Positions 47,292 to 57,406 of a stretch of DNA of 64,000 nt are shown piece after piece. Made by a program: the position numbers and the translations under genes. How positions within the stretch are numbered: the stretch's first letter is position 1; each line of letters opens with the position of its first letter. Source of the stretch: Longimicrobiales bacterium (GTDB taxonomy: Bacteria > Gemmatimonadota > Gemmatimonadetes > Longimicrobiales > Gaopeijiaceae); NCBI GenBank assembly GCA_965249725.1, contig CBDFMQ010000002.1, forward strand, positions 2,304,001 through 2,368,000, read 5' to 3'. The notes below the pieces were generated by a model, which did not search any database, was not told the origin of the DNA, and worked only from the letters and a program-made list of their open reading frames with translations.

Positions 47292-50200
47292 CTAGGGTTC
47301 ACGCCGTCTCACATCCCGGTCCGTGATCGCCAGAGCCGCCGCATCATGAACCGCCCTTCGGAGAGGCACGTGCCTCGAGTTCTCCCGGGTGGGATTGACC
47401 CTGTTCGTCAGCAAGACGACGAACAGGTCGAGCTCCGCGTCGATCCAGATGGACGTCCCCGTGTACCCGGTGTGCCCGAAGGCATACGAGGTGAAATAGT
47501 CGCCGGCCGAAGACCGTCCACTGGGGGTGTCCCAACCCAGCCCCCGACTGGCCGAGGCGTCGTAGGGCCGCGTGAAGCTCCCCACGGTCTCCTCGGAGAC
47601 GATGCGAACGTCGTCCGCAGCGCCACTGATGCAGATGGTTCCGTCTGACGATCCTCCGACCGTACATCCGCCGACACGGCCCCCGTTGAGCAGCATCTGG
47701 GCCACGACGGCCAGGTCGGACGCCGTGGAGAAGAGCCCCGCATGGCCGGCCACTCCCCCGATGGCATAGGCATTCTCATCGTGGACGACACCGTGCACGT
47801 GCACGCCCCGGAAGACCGTGTCCATCTCGGTAGGCGCGATGCGCCGCTGAAGCTCCGGGGCGGGCCGGAATCCCGTGTCCGTCATTCCCAGGCGATCCCA
47901 GACGCGATCCTCGAGGAGAGCGTCGAGGGGCTGGCCGGTGATCTCCTCGATGATGAATGCGACGGTCATGACCCCGATGTCGGAGTAGACGGTGCGCGAG
48001 CCGGGCACGTAATCGAGCTGCAGATCCCCGATCGCCGTCTCGTAGGCGTTGCGGCCCTCCATCTCGAGGTAGAAGCGACGGAAGGGTGGAAGTCCGGCGC
48101 GATGGAGGAGGAGGTGACGCACGGTGACGTCGGCCTTGGCCGGATCTCCCCTGCCCCACCAAGGGAGATAGTCGACCACGGATGCGTCCAGGTCGAGGCG
48201 GCCCTCGTCCACCAACATCATGGCCGCCGTCGTCGTGCCCACGACCTTCGTGAGGGACGCCAAATCGTAGATCGAGTTCTCATCGGCAGGCTCGGCGGAC
48301 GGATCCCAATCGAGGCGGCCGTAACCCCTGAGTCGCACCAGCTTGCCACCCCGGCCCACGGCCACGACCGCACCCGGCGTCCCCCCGGCCATGATGGCCT
48401 CGGTCACGAGGTAGTCCAGCGCCTGGAGACGACGGGCACTCATACCGACCGATGCCGGATCGGCTTCGCGCTCGGAGATCGACACGCCGACGGCGGTGGC
48501 AGCAGCACCCGCCGCCGCACCCGTCACCGCGCCGGTCGATTCCGTACCAGCGGGCACCGGATCGGCTCCCCCAGATGCGGTGCCCATCGACCGGGTGATC
48601 CCATCTCCTATGGCGTGGAACGGAGGAATGGAAATGGGCAGACGTCCCTCGATCGCCGTCTCCCCGAACAGGGCTCGGACCGCGGCCGTCTGCGACACCT
48701 CTCGGTCCCCCCAGGCGATCAGATAGGCGGGCGCATCCGGCAGGGCGCCCAGCAAGTAGGGGTTCCCGAACGACGTGACGAGCAGCGGGCGTTCACTCCC
48801 GACCTCACGGACGAAGTCGGCGAGGGCGTCGGGGGCGGCGACCTCTCCCGCCCCCGCCCTCGGCGGCACATAGGCGCTGACCAGCACCAAGTCGGCATCT
48901 CGCGCTCGGACGCGCAGTGAGTCGTACGCCTCCTCCGGGGTGTCGGGATCGACCCGTGCGCGCCGCACCGAGGCGACCCTACCGGACAGGGCCGGGTCGA
49001 ACGCAGTGCCCGCCACCAGATTGTCGGCCCGCGCATAGGTCACGCTGAGGATCCGGCGCGTGACGGTGGAGTCCACCGGCACCGCCCCCGGGCGGTCCCG
49101 AAGGAGGGTCATGGACCTCGCCGCAGCAGTGTCGGCGAACGCGAGGTGCGCAGCGCTCCCTACGACGTCGTCCACGGCGTCCAGGTCTACCATGCGCCCC
49201 CTATGGAGTCCGGCCCGGGCCTTGGTCTCCAGCACACGGCGGGCGGAGGCCTCGATGCGTCCTTGAGGTACACGCCCCGAGTTGACGGCCGCGACCACAG
49301 CGTCGATGGCCTCGGTCACGTCGGTGGGCATGAGCAGGACGTCGCTCCCGGCCTCCAGGGCCAGAACGACCAACTCCCCTGTTCCATACCGATCGGCGAG
49401 GGCCCCCATGACCAGAGCATCGGTGAGGAGCAGACCCTCGAAGTCCATCTCCTCGCGCAGGAGTTCGGTCATGAATCGTGGATCGAGGGTCGCGGGTGGC
49501 CCTGATGTGCCCTGCACGCCGGACACCAACACGTGGGCGGTCATGACCGCGTCGACCCCCGATGTCACGGCTTCACGGAAGGGCACCAACTCGACGGTGT
49601 TGAGACGGTCCCAGTCCGCAGGGACCACCGGCAGATCGAGATGAGAGTCCGTCCGTGTGTCTCCGTGCCCCGGGAAGTGCTTCGCTGTGGCCAGCACCCC
49701 GCCCTGGTGGGCGCCCTGGATGTAGGCGGCACCCAAGCGCGCGACCGTCGCCGGGTCCTCACCGAACGAGCGCGTGTTGATGATCGGGTTGTCCGGGTTC
49801 GAATTGACGTCCAGCACCGGAGCGAAGTTCAGGTGGACACCGACCGCTTTCGCCTCCACCGCCGTGATGCGTCCGTATTCCCGGACGAAGCGCTCGTCGC
49901 CGATGGCCCCGAACGCCATGGTGGGCGGGAAGCTGGTGCCGCCGCCCTGCGGCAGCATGGAGGGCAGCGCGTAGGAGTGGTTGATCCGCATTCCCGGCCC
50001 GCCGTTCTCGAAGTCGGAAGTGACCAGGAGTGGGACGTCGGACCGTGACTGCAGCTCGTTGATCTTCGCCGCGTAGGAGTGCGGCAGCCCGATGGACAGG
50101 TAGATGCCCCCGATCTGGTCGTCCTCTACCCACCCGGCCCACTCCAGAAACTCGGGACTGGTGGTCGACGCATATGACCCCGGCAGCCACTGGATGACGA

Positions 50201-50414
50201 GTTGGCCCACCTGTTGGCGCAGCGTGAGAGAGGCCAGCGTCTCGTCCACCCACGCCAGCGCCTCACTACTGAGCGCCCTCTGGCCGGGCGTGAACTCTCC
50301 GGGGGCGGAGCCGGCCATCGGGCCGACCACCCACTCGCCCGGTCCCACCGATGTGCAGCCGACGACCCACAGAACGGCCAGGACGGCCGCGAGAAGACGT
50401 GGCCTACCGCCCAC
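47292..50414 (-). CDS. GH3 beta-N-acetylglucosaminidase fused to a beta-lactamase-family serine hydrolase
   Basis: KHFPGHGDT..DSH; C-terminal DLASLTK, YSD, GHAGLFS, HTGYTG. Confidence 0.9.
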   Translation of the reverse strand: MGGRPRLLAAVLAVLWVVGCTSVGPGEWVVGPMAGSAPGEFTPGQRALSSEALAWVDETLASLTLRQQVGQLVIQWLPGSYASTTSPEFLEWAGWVEDDQIGGIYLSIGLPHSYAAKINELQSRSDVPLLVTSDFENGGPGMRINHSYALPSMLPQGGGTSFPPTMAFGAIGDERFVREYGRITAVEAKAVGVHLNFAPVLDVNSNPDNPIINTRSFGEDPATVARLGAAYIQGAHQGGVLATAKHFPGHGDTRTDSHLDLPVVPADWDRLNTVELVPFREAVTSGVDAVMTAHVLVSGVQGTSGPPATLDPRFMTELLREEMDFEGLLLTDALVMGALADRYGTGELVVLALEAGSDVLLMPTDVTEAIDAVVAAVNSGRVPQGRIEASARRVLETKARAGLHRGRMVDLDAVDDVVGSAAHLAFADTAAARSMTLLRDRPGAVPVDSTVTRRILSVTYARADNLVAGTAFDPALSGRVASVRRARVDPDTPEEAYDSLRVRARDADLVLVSAYVPPRAGAGEVAAPDALADFVREVGSERPLLVTSFGNPYLLGALPDAPAYLIAWGDREVSQTAAVRALFGETAIEGRLPISIPPFHAIGDGITRSMGTASGGADPVPAGTESTGAVTGAAAGAAATAVGVSISEREADPASVGMSARRLQALDYLVTEAIMAGGTPGAVVAVGRGGKLVRLRGYGRLDWDPSAEPADENSIYDLASLTKVVGTTTAAMMLVDEGRLDLDASVVDYLPWWGRGDPAKADVTVRHLLLHRAGLPPFRRFYLEMEGRNAYETAIGDLQLDYVPGSRTVYSDIGVMTVAFIIEEITGQPLDALLEDRVWDRLGMTDTGFRPAPELQRRIAPTEMDTVFRGVHVHGVVHDENAYAIGGVAGHAGLFSTASDLAVVAQMLLNGGRVGGCTVGGSSDGTICISGAADDVRIVSEETVGSFTRPYDASASRGLGWDTPSGRSSAGDYFTSYAFGHTGYTGTSIWIDAELDLFVVLLTNRVNPTRENSRHVPLRRAVHDAAALAITDRDVRRREP

Positions 50415-52350
50415 TGGCAGAGACCTTCAGCGGAATGTGGAGTCCGTCACCCAACTCGAAGTAGGGAGGCATGCCCGTGGGAGCCCTGCCCGCGACCTCG
50501 ATACCACCGAACAGGGCCTCGGCCGCGGCCCGTTGGCTGGCCGGAGCGGAACTCCACGCCACGATGTACGACTGAGCATCGGGGAACTCGGAGATCAGGT
50601 AGGGATTGCCGAACGAGATCACGACGTGCGTGATCCTCTCTCGCGCCAGCAGGTTGATGAACTCGACGGTCTCCTCGGGCAACTCCACCCGCCCGGCGAA
50701 GTTCGAGTAGACGGAGACCACGACCAGATTCGAGGAGCGCGCCCGCCGCCTCAGATCCTGGTAGACCTCGCCGTTGGTGTCCTCGTCCACCCTGGTCGTA
50801 ACCAGGCGAGGATACGTCTCGCGGAGGCGCGCGTCGAAATAGCGGCTCGCCAAAACATCCGTCCGAGACCGGTACGTCACCGAACTGACGCGAGCGGTTC
50901 GGGTGCCCAGCAGAGGCAGTAGGTCTCGCTGGTTTCGGAGAAGTGTGATCGAGCGCTCGGCGACCTCTTGAGCGACAGCGGTGTGTTCGGGAATGCCCAC
51001 CACCTGCGGGACCCCCTCGAGCGGCACCTCACGCTGCTCGTGGAGCCCCATCTCCTCCTTGAGCCGAAGCAATCGCATGACCGATCGGTCGATACGGAAT
51101 TCTGGAATCCGACCGTCTCGAACCGCGCCGAGAATCGCGTCGATCGCCTGTTTCACGTTGGGAGGCATGAGGATCACATCGGCGCCGGCCAGCACGGCCA
51201 TCACCGACGCCTCGCCCCGAGGGTAGAGCCGGTTGACCGCGCTCATATCCATGGCGTCGGTAAACACGATGCCGTCGAAGCCCATGTCCGAGCGCAGGAG
51301 ATCCTCGAGCACGTGACCGGACAAGGTGGACGGAAGGAAACCCCCGCCGAGCCCCGGGACGGCGATGTGGGCCGACATCATGCCCCGCATGCCCGCGTCG
51401 ATGGCGGCCTGGAACGGCACCAGCTCGAGCGAGTCCATGCGTGCACGAGGTGCACGGATGATCGGCAACGCGAGATGAGAGTCCACCTCGGTGTCCCCGT
51501 GGCCCGGGAAATGCTTGCCGGTAGCCACCACGCCATTGTCCTGGAGCCCACGCACGAACGACACGCCCATCGCCGCGACCGCATCCGGATCCTCGCCGAA
51601 CGAGCGGATGTTGATGATCGGGTTGTCCGGGTTGTTGTTGACGTCCAGTACGGGCGCGAACGGTAAGTGGACGCCCATCGCCCGGGCCTCCAGTGCCGTG
51701 ATGCGGCCCATCTTGTACGCGAAGGTGGGATCTCCGGTGGCTCCGAACGCCATCAGCGACGGGAAGATCGTCGCTCCGCCAAGGGCGATGTTCGTGGGCA
51801 CGTGCACCGCCCCCCAGAACCGGAACCCGGCTCCGGTCTCGAGATCGGCCCCGACGAGCAACGGGTACTTCGAGTGGCGTTGCAGATCGTTGAGTTTCAC
51901 CGCCACGTCCGTAGGAGCGCCCACCGACATGATCACCCCACCGATGCCCTCCTCCCGGATGACGTCGACGATTCGGTCGTGAGTCTCCGACCCCTCGGGA
52001 GCGAAGTTGCCCAGGACGAACGGCATGATCATCTGGGCGATCTTCTCGCGCAGCGTCATCTCGTCCAGCATGCGCTCCGGCCAGGCGAGAGCCGGTCCCA
52101 CGGGCATGGCGGCCTGTCGTGCGGTCGGTCTCGTAGGCGATTCGGTGCTCGTCCCACTCTCCGCCGACGTAGGGGGCTGGTTCGGGAGGGGGGCCGCGGT
52201 CTGAGCGGGTCCGACGCTCGTACCTGCGCTGGCACCCGCGCTGGCACCTGCGCTGGCACCCGAGCAGGCAGCCATGAGAAGCGTCAGGATCCAGAGGCTT
52301 CCCGCCGGGTTACTCAGGGTGGGTCGGGGCTTGCTCCGGATTGGCATCAA
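50404..52350 (-). CDS. GH3 beta-N-acetylglucosaminidase lipoprotein (NagZ-like)
   Basis: Lipobox MAAC; RSFGEDP, KHFPGHGDT.VDSH, TDAMDM. Confidence 0.9.
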   Translation of the reverse strand: MMPIRSKPRPTLSNPAGSLWILTLLMAACSGASAGASAGASAGTSVGPAQTAAPLPNQPPTSAESGTSTESPTRPTARQAAMPVGPALAWPERMLDEMTLREKIAQMIMPFVLGNFAPEGSETHDRIVDVIREEGIGGVIMSVGAPTDVAVKLNDLQRHSKYPLLVGADLETGAGFRFWGAVHVPTNIALGGATIFPSLMAFGATGDPTFAYKMGRITALEARAMGVHLPFAPVLDVNNNPDNPIINIRSFGEDPDAVAAMGVSFVRGLQDNGVVATGKHFPGHGDTEVDSHLALPIIRAPRARMDSLELVPFQAAIDAGMRGMMSAHIAVPGLGGGFLPSTLSGHVLEDLLRSDMGFDGIVFTDAMDMSAVNRLYPRGEASVMAVLAGADVILMPPNVKQAIDAILGAVRDGRIPEFRIDRSVMRLLRLKEEMGLHEQREVPLEGVPQVVGIPEHTAVAQEVAERSITLLRNQRDLLPLLGTRTARVSSVTYRSRTDVLASRYFDARLRETYPRLVTTRVDEDTNGEVYQDLRRRARSSNLVVVSVYSNFAGRVELPEETVEFINLLARERITHVVISFGNPYLISEFPDAQSYIVAWSSAPASQRAAAEALFGGIEVAGRAPTGMPPYFELGDGLHIPLKVSASGR

Positions 52351-52420
52351 ATGAGCTCAGCGACCTCTATATTGGGCAAAGGGAGCAGCCGAAGTGCAGA
52401 TCGGAGAGCAAGTTACGGAG

Positions 52421-53701
52421 ATGTCCAGAGTGCCACAATCCTGGCTCATAACAGCCCTCTTCGCGTGCGCGGCCTGCGGTTCGGATGTCGACGCCGGAAG
52501 CCTTGAGGGGCCTGGTGCCGCCGATTCCTTATACCGGACTACCGCTGATGAGTTCGGTCCCGTGCGGCCGGGCATCGAAGTGCTGCTCGAGGACTCGATT
52601 CATCTGGTAGTCGGAAAACGCGTCGGGCTCATCACCAACCAGACCGGCGTGGACGCAACAGGGCGCTCCTCCATCGATCGTCTCTTCGAGCACCCGGACG
52701 TGAATCTGGTCGCGCTCTTCGCGCCGGAACACGGCATCCGGGGGGACGCGGACCCCGGCGAGGCGGTCGACGACGGGGTCGATGCCAGGACCGGTCTCCC
52801 GATTCACTCGCTCTACGGGGCCACGCGAACGCCGACCCCCGAGATGCTCGAGGGACTCGACGTCATCCTGACCGACTACCAGGACATCGGGGCCCGATAT
52901 TGGACGTACGTGTCCACGATGACCCTCGCGATGGAGGCCGCTGCCACTCAGGGCATTCCGTTCGTCGTGCTCGACCGACCCAACCCGATCGGGGGGGCCA
53001 CACAGGGCAACGTCCTGCTCCCCGCGTATGCGACCTTCGTAGGACGTCATCCGGTACCGATGCGGCACGGGATGACCCCCGCCGAGCTGGCGCGCTACGC
53101 TCGGGGTGAGCACGACATCGATGTGGAGCTGCATGTGGCACCCGCCGAAGGTTGGGAGCGCGACATGTCCTTCGAGGAGACCGGACTCCCTTGGGTCCAA
53201 CCGTCCCCGAACATGCCCAGCGTGGCAAGCGCGACCCACTATCCGGGAACGTGCCTGTTCGAAGGGACCAATCTGTCGGTCGGCCGAGGGACGGAAATCG
53301 CCTTCCAGCACGTCGGAGCTCCCTGGCTGGACGGAGAGGCTCTGGCCCGGACGATGAACGGTTACGGCCTGGAAGGCATCAGGTTCGAGGCAACCCGATT
53401 CACACCGCGGTCACCCGGGGACGGCAAGTTCGACGGAGTCGAGCTCTCAGGCGTGCGCCTGATCGCGACGTCGGTCGCCTACGACCCCACCGAGGCGGCC
53501 GCGGCTCTCCTGGTGGAGACCCGAAGGATGGCGGGCGACGATTGGCAATGGCTGGTGTCCCACTTCGATCGCCTGGCCGGAACCGATCAGCTCAGGAAGG
53601 CCGTCGAGGCAGGTGCCGGAGCAGAGGAGATCACGGAGGGGTGGGATGACGCCCTCGCCGAGTTCGTACGGATGAGGGAGCCGTATCTGATCTACCCTTG
53701 A
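52421..53701 (+). CDS. namZ: Exo-beta-N-acetylmuramidase NamZ (DUF1343) lipoprotein
   Basis: GLITNQTG, APEHG, SLYG, QDIGAR, DRPNP, PSPN, SVGRGT. Confidence 0.9.
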   Translation: MSRVPQSWLITALFACAACGSDVDAGSLEGPGAADSLYRTTADEFGPVRPGIEVLLEDSIHLVVGKRVGLITNQTGVDATGRSSIDRLFEHPDVNLVALFAPEHGIRGDADPGEAVDDGVDARTGLPIHSLYGATRTPTPEMLEGLDVILTDYQDIGARYWTYVSTMTLAMEAAATQGIPFVVLDRPNPIGGATQGNVLLPAYATFVGRHPVPMRHGMTPAELARYARGEHDIDVELHVAPAEGWERDMSFEETGLPWVQPSPNMPSVASATHYPGTCLFEGTNLSVGRGTEIAFQHVGAPWLDGEALARTMNGYGLEGIRFEATRFTPRSPGDGKFDGVELSGVRLIATSVAYDPTEAAAALLVETRRMAGDDWQWLVSHFDRLAGTDQLRKAVEAGAGAEEITEGWDDALAEFVRMREPYLIYP

Positions 53702-54552
53702 GACACTTCCTCTATGGCACCGGCCTTGAACGCCTCATAGAGCGCTTTGGCCACCGGGCCCACGTTCCCGTCGCCCACCGGTCTCCCATCCAGCTCCACC
53801 GTCGGCCGCACCTCTGTCGTCGTTCCCGTGAAGAAGATCTCGTCCGCCTCTCGCATCTCCTCCAACGGGATGGCCCGCTCGACCACGGTCATGCCCAGGC
53901 CCTTCGCCAATTTCATCACGAAGCCGCGCCCCACGCCATGTAGGATCTCGTGGGTGGGTGGATGCGTGGTGACCACTCCGTCGAAGACGCCGAACACGTT
54001 GTTGTGAGAGCCCTCGATGGCCACGCCGTCCTTCACCTGAAGCGCGTCGGCGGCACCGGCCTCAACGGCCGCCTGCTGGGAAAGCACGTTGGGAAGAAGT
54101 CCGATGGTCTTGAGATCGGCCCGTGCCCACCGCCGATCGGGCACCGTGATAGCCGAATACCCCTGCTCCCATCGTGCCTGATCGGGCCGATTATAGGCAT
54201 TTGCGAACGCGTAAACCGTCGGCACCGTGCCCTCGGGCGGGAAGTAGTGAGTGCGGGGAGCCACTCCCCTTGTGATCTGCATGTAGACGATCGAGACCTC
54301 CTCGCCCTCGAGGCCGTTCTCGGCAAGTAGGCGGAGGTGCATCTCCTTCAGCCCCGTCGTGTCGTAGCTGATCCGCAGGGCATCGAGGCCATGCCTCAAA
54401 CGTCCCATATGCTCATCGAAGCGAAACAGGCGACCCTCATACGCCGGAGTCACTTCATATAGGCCGTCCGAGAGCAGAAAGCCCCGGTCGTCGACCGACA
54501 CCTTGGCCTGCTCTTTGGGGAGGTACTCGCCGTTCAGATATACGGTGCTCAT
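53692..54552 (-). CDS. dat: D-amino-acid transaminase (class IV aminotransferase)
   Basis: DRGFLLSDGLYEV, YMQITRG, DLKTIGLL, EGSHNN. Confidence 0.88.
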   Translation of the reverse strand: MSTVYLNGEYLPKEQAKVSVDDRGFLLSDGLYEVTPAYEGRLFRFDEHMGRLRHGLDALRISYDTTGLKEMHLRLLAENGLEGEEVSIVYMQITRGVAPRTHYFPPEGTVPTVYAFANAYNRPDQARWEQGYSAITVPDRRWARADLKTIGLLPNVLSQQAAVEAGAADALQVKDGVAIEGSHNNVFGVFDGVVTTHPPTHEILHGVGRGFVMKLAKGLGMTVVERAIPLEEMREADEIFFTGTTTEVRPTVELDGRPVGDGNVGPVAKALYEAFKAGAIEEVSQG

Positions 54553-54747
54553 GACGCTCCGAAGTGTTGGAGACAACCAGCTATTGCATGGGAAGATGGC
54601 GGCTGGCCTCGCCCCCGCTAGTCCCTCACGGACCAAAAGATTGCACTGCAACTCGCACAGTGCTTCCTTTAAGGAGTAGGTCACCCCGGCGCGGGGTCTG
54701 ACCCGGCGTCCTGATCGTCAGAACACCAAAGAAGGAGCCCATATCCC

Positions 54748-55416
54748 ATGAGAAAGCTCGTTGCCGCCGCTGTAGCGGCCCTCCTTCTGGCCCCGGCACC
54801 CGCCTTGGCACAGGGATTCGCAATCTCCGGCCACGTCGGCTCCATCGGCGTCGGAGGTGGGGTAGTCATTGGTGTCGCCCCCAAGCTCAATCTCAGGGGC
54901 ATGTTCGGGTTCATTCCCGGAGACCCGAGCATTACGGCGGAAGACATCGACTTCGCGCTGGACCTGCCGACGTTCATTTTCTCGACCGTGGATTTCTATC
55001 CCATCAGCGGCTTCCATCTCAGCGCCGGCGGACTATTTGTCTCCAAGGGTGGCGACCTGAGCGTGACCGGAACCTTCGAGGGCCAGTCGGTTGAATTCGG
55101 AGGCCAGACCTACACTGGCTCGGCGGCTGACGAACTGGTAGGGACGTTCTCGCTGAAGAGTTTCCAGCCCTACGCCGGCATCGGGTTCGGCAATGCCATC
55201 GCCAAAGCCGTCGGCCTCAACCTCGACGTCGGGGTCGGGTTCGGTCAGAAGCCCACCGTGGCCATCACCCCGCGGGGACCACTCGCAGACGATGCGATCA
55301 CGGGACCCACCTTCCGGAATGACGTCCAGGCAGAGGTGCAGGACATCGAGAACGACATCCCGGAGTTCCTGCGCTTCTTCCCGGTCATAGCGCTCTCTAT
55401 CTCCATCGGCCTCTAG
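54748..55416 (+). CDS. Hypothetical small outer-membrane beta-barrel protein
   Basis: AAGGAG RBS; signal peptide; PYAGIGFG; amphipathic strands. Confidence 0.75.
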   Translation: MRKLVAAAVAALLLAPAPALAQGFAISGHVGSIGVGGGVVIGVAPKLNLRGMFGFIPGDPSITAEDIDFALDLPTFIFSTVDFYPISGFHLSAGGLFVSKGGDLSVTGTFEGQSVEFGGQTYTGSAADELVGTFSLKSFQPYAGIGFGNAIAKAVGLNLDVGVGFGQKPTVAITPRGPLADDAITGPTFRNDVQAEVQDIENDIPEFLRFFPVIALSISIGL

Positions 55417-55444
55417 AGGGCCCGGTTAGACAGGAGAGCGGTAC

Positions 55445-55690
55445 ATGCACGCAGTTTTCGTGATGGTCAAATGTGAGCTCGGGAAGTCCTACGAGGTCGC
55501 TGACTACATCGTCGACAACATCGAGGAGACGGCCGAGGTCTTTTCGGTCTCGGGGCAGTACGACCTACTGGTCAAGTTCCACATCCAAGATGGTGACGAC
55601 GTAGGTCACTTCGTCTGTGATCGGCTGCAGGTAACACCCGATATTCGCGACACGTTCACGATCGACACGTTCAACGCGTTTACGAGATAG
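55445..55690 (+). CDS. Lrp/AsnC ligand-binding domain protein
   Basis: FVMVKCELG...SVSGQYDLLVK...DTFT. Confidence 0.85.
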   Translation: MHAVFVMVKCELGKSYEVADYIVDNIEETAEVFSVSGQYDLLVKFHIQDGDDVGHFVCDRLQVTPDIRDTFTIDTFNAFTR

Positions 55691-55733
55691 GCGACAGGGC
55701 CCTGCGGGGTCTGTCCGGTGGGAGTCTGAATAC

Positions 55734-55772
55734 AGAGAGGGGGGTGGGCTGCTTCGGCCCACCCCCCTCTCT
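55734..55772. terminator. Strong hairpin between convergent genes
   Basis: AGAGAGGGGGGTGGGC-loop-GCCCACCCCCCTCTCT. Confidence 0.75.
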
Positions 55773-55845
55773 CTTGTCTCAACCCCGCTTCATCAACCCC
55801 AAATCGGCAGCGCCGGCGGGGCCCGGGGTCGTCGGAGCTTGCTTC

Positions 55846-56742
55846 CTAGTTCTCCTGCTCCAGCTTGTCGAACTCCTCGATGAGCTGGGCCTCGTGAATC
55901 TGAGGCTCGGCGTCGGCGGCCTGTGGTTCCGCGCCTCCGTCCGCCTCATCGCCGTCCGCAGACGCATCACCCTCGGCATCCCCGCCGGATGAAGCCTCCG
56001 CAGAGGCCTCATCTTCGTCGCCCGACTCGAGCTGCTTGGGAGCCTCGGACTCGGGGGCAGCGATCAACCCCATCTCGTGCTTGAGGGCCAGTAGTCGGTC
56101 CTCTACGTCGCCGGTATCGCCGCCGGACTCGAGCACCTTGAACTCGTCCTCGAGCGTGCCGGGGCCGAGCGCCTCGGTCACCTCGGCGTGCGCAATGCTC
56201 TGGCGCTCCTGCTCTTCGATCTTCTCGGCCATCCGGTTGAACGCATCGAACGCCGATGTGTTCGAGAGACCCGACATGGTCTCGTGGATCCGCTTCTGCG
56301 CCTGGGCCCGCCGCTGCTTGGCGACGAGCAGGTTCCGCTTCCGCTTGGCCTCTTCGATCTTGTCGTTGAGCTGCCGGAGCGAGCCCTTGAGCTTGTCGGT
56401 CTCCGCAGCTTGTGCCCGCCAGGTGCCCTCTAGGGTCGCTGCCCGCTCGGCGTGCTCCTGCTGCCTCAGAAGAGCCTGCTTGGCCAGGTCGTCCCGGCCC
56501 TCCTTCACGGCCAGCATGGCACGGTGCTCCCACTGCCGGGCTTGCTTCACCTCATCATCGAGCTGAGCACGAAGCTTGCGCTCATCCGCGATGGCGGCCG
56601 CGACTTCCCGCTTGGCCTTCGCGAGCTGGTCGCGCATGTCCAGGATGATTTGGTTCAGCATCTTCTCGGGATCTTCCGCCCGGGAGATGAGGTCGTTGAT
56701 ATTCGACTTGATGACGGTCGAAAGCTTGGTAAAGATGCTCAT
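55846..56742 (-). CDS. pspA: PspA/IM30 family protein with acidic tail
   Basis: MSIFTKL...KSNIN...AEDPEKML.Q; coiled coil. Confidence 0.92.
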   Translation of the reverse strand: MSIFTKLSTVIKSNINDLISRAEDPEKMLNQIILDMRDQLAKAKREVAAAIADERKLRAQLDDEVKQARQWEHRAMLAVKEGRDDLAKQALLRQQEHAERAATLEGTWRAQAAETDKLKGSLRQLNDKIEEAKRKRNLLVAKQRRAQAQKRIHETMSGLSNTSAFDAFNRMAEKIEEQERQSIAHAEVTEALGPGTLEDEFKVLESGGDTGDVEDRLLALKHEMGLIAAPESEAPKQLESGDEDEASAEASSGGDAEGDASADGDEADGGAEPQAADAEPQIHEAQLIEEFDKLEQEN

Positions 56743-56746
56743 TGAC

Positions 56747-57181
56747 TCAGCCCTCTCCTTCCGAACCGCTGTCGTCGGGCGCTGAAGCGTCACCGTTGAG
56801 TCCCGCCAAAGCCTTGATCTGGCCCAGGTGACTCGATGCGGCGAATTGGAGGCTCTCCACAGACGCCTGCAATTCCTCGTAGTCCAGGGTCTGAAGCTCC
56901 AGCGTATCGCTGAGGATGATCTCGCCTTCCTCTATGCCATAAGCCCCATGGACGATGTCGTTGGCGTTCCACTCGAGCAACGCACGATACAGGTCCGACA
57001 GGTCTCCTTCACCCGGAAGGTCCATGACGTTGAGCCGAAGCAGCAGGACAGGCTCCGAATGGTGGACTACTACCGCCCCGTTCCCGCCTCGCACCAGGAA
57101 CATCCCCTCTCCAACCTCTTCGTAATCCAGATCCATCCGAATGAGGAAGCTCTCGAGATCCTCTCGGGTTACCATGGCCAA
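56747..57181 (-). CDS. YbjN/CesT-like (type III chaperone fold) protein
   Basis: LYRALLEWNA.DIVHGAYG...ILSDTL; directly upstream of pspA. Confidence 0.65.
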   Translation of the reverse strand: MAMVTREDLESFLIRMDLDYEEVGEGMFLVRGGNGAVVVHHSEPVLLLRLNVMDLPGEGDLSDLYRALLEWNANDIVHGAYGIEEGEIILSDTLELQTLDYEELQASVESLQFAASSHLGQIKALAGLNGDASAPDDSGSEGEG

Positions 57182-57406
57182 CTCCGTGGTTCAGGGCGAC
57201 CGACATACCGGCCGCCGACAAATTATCGCAGGCCCCCTCGGTCGAGGGGTGATTGTCCCTACGGTCAATCGAATGACGCTGTTTCTTAGACGCCCGAAGC
57301 GATCAAACAGGTCGCATGGGTCAAGATTCTTAGTCTAACACGAACCGCTGTCCTGCCGCGACTCCCCGGGGCACCGCGTGCCTTCAACCCACAGTCCCTA
57401 CTCATG

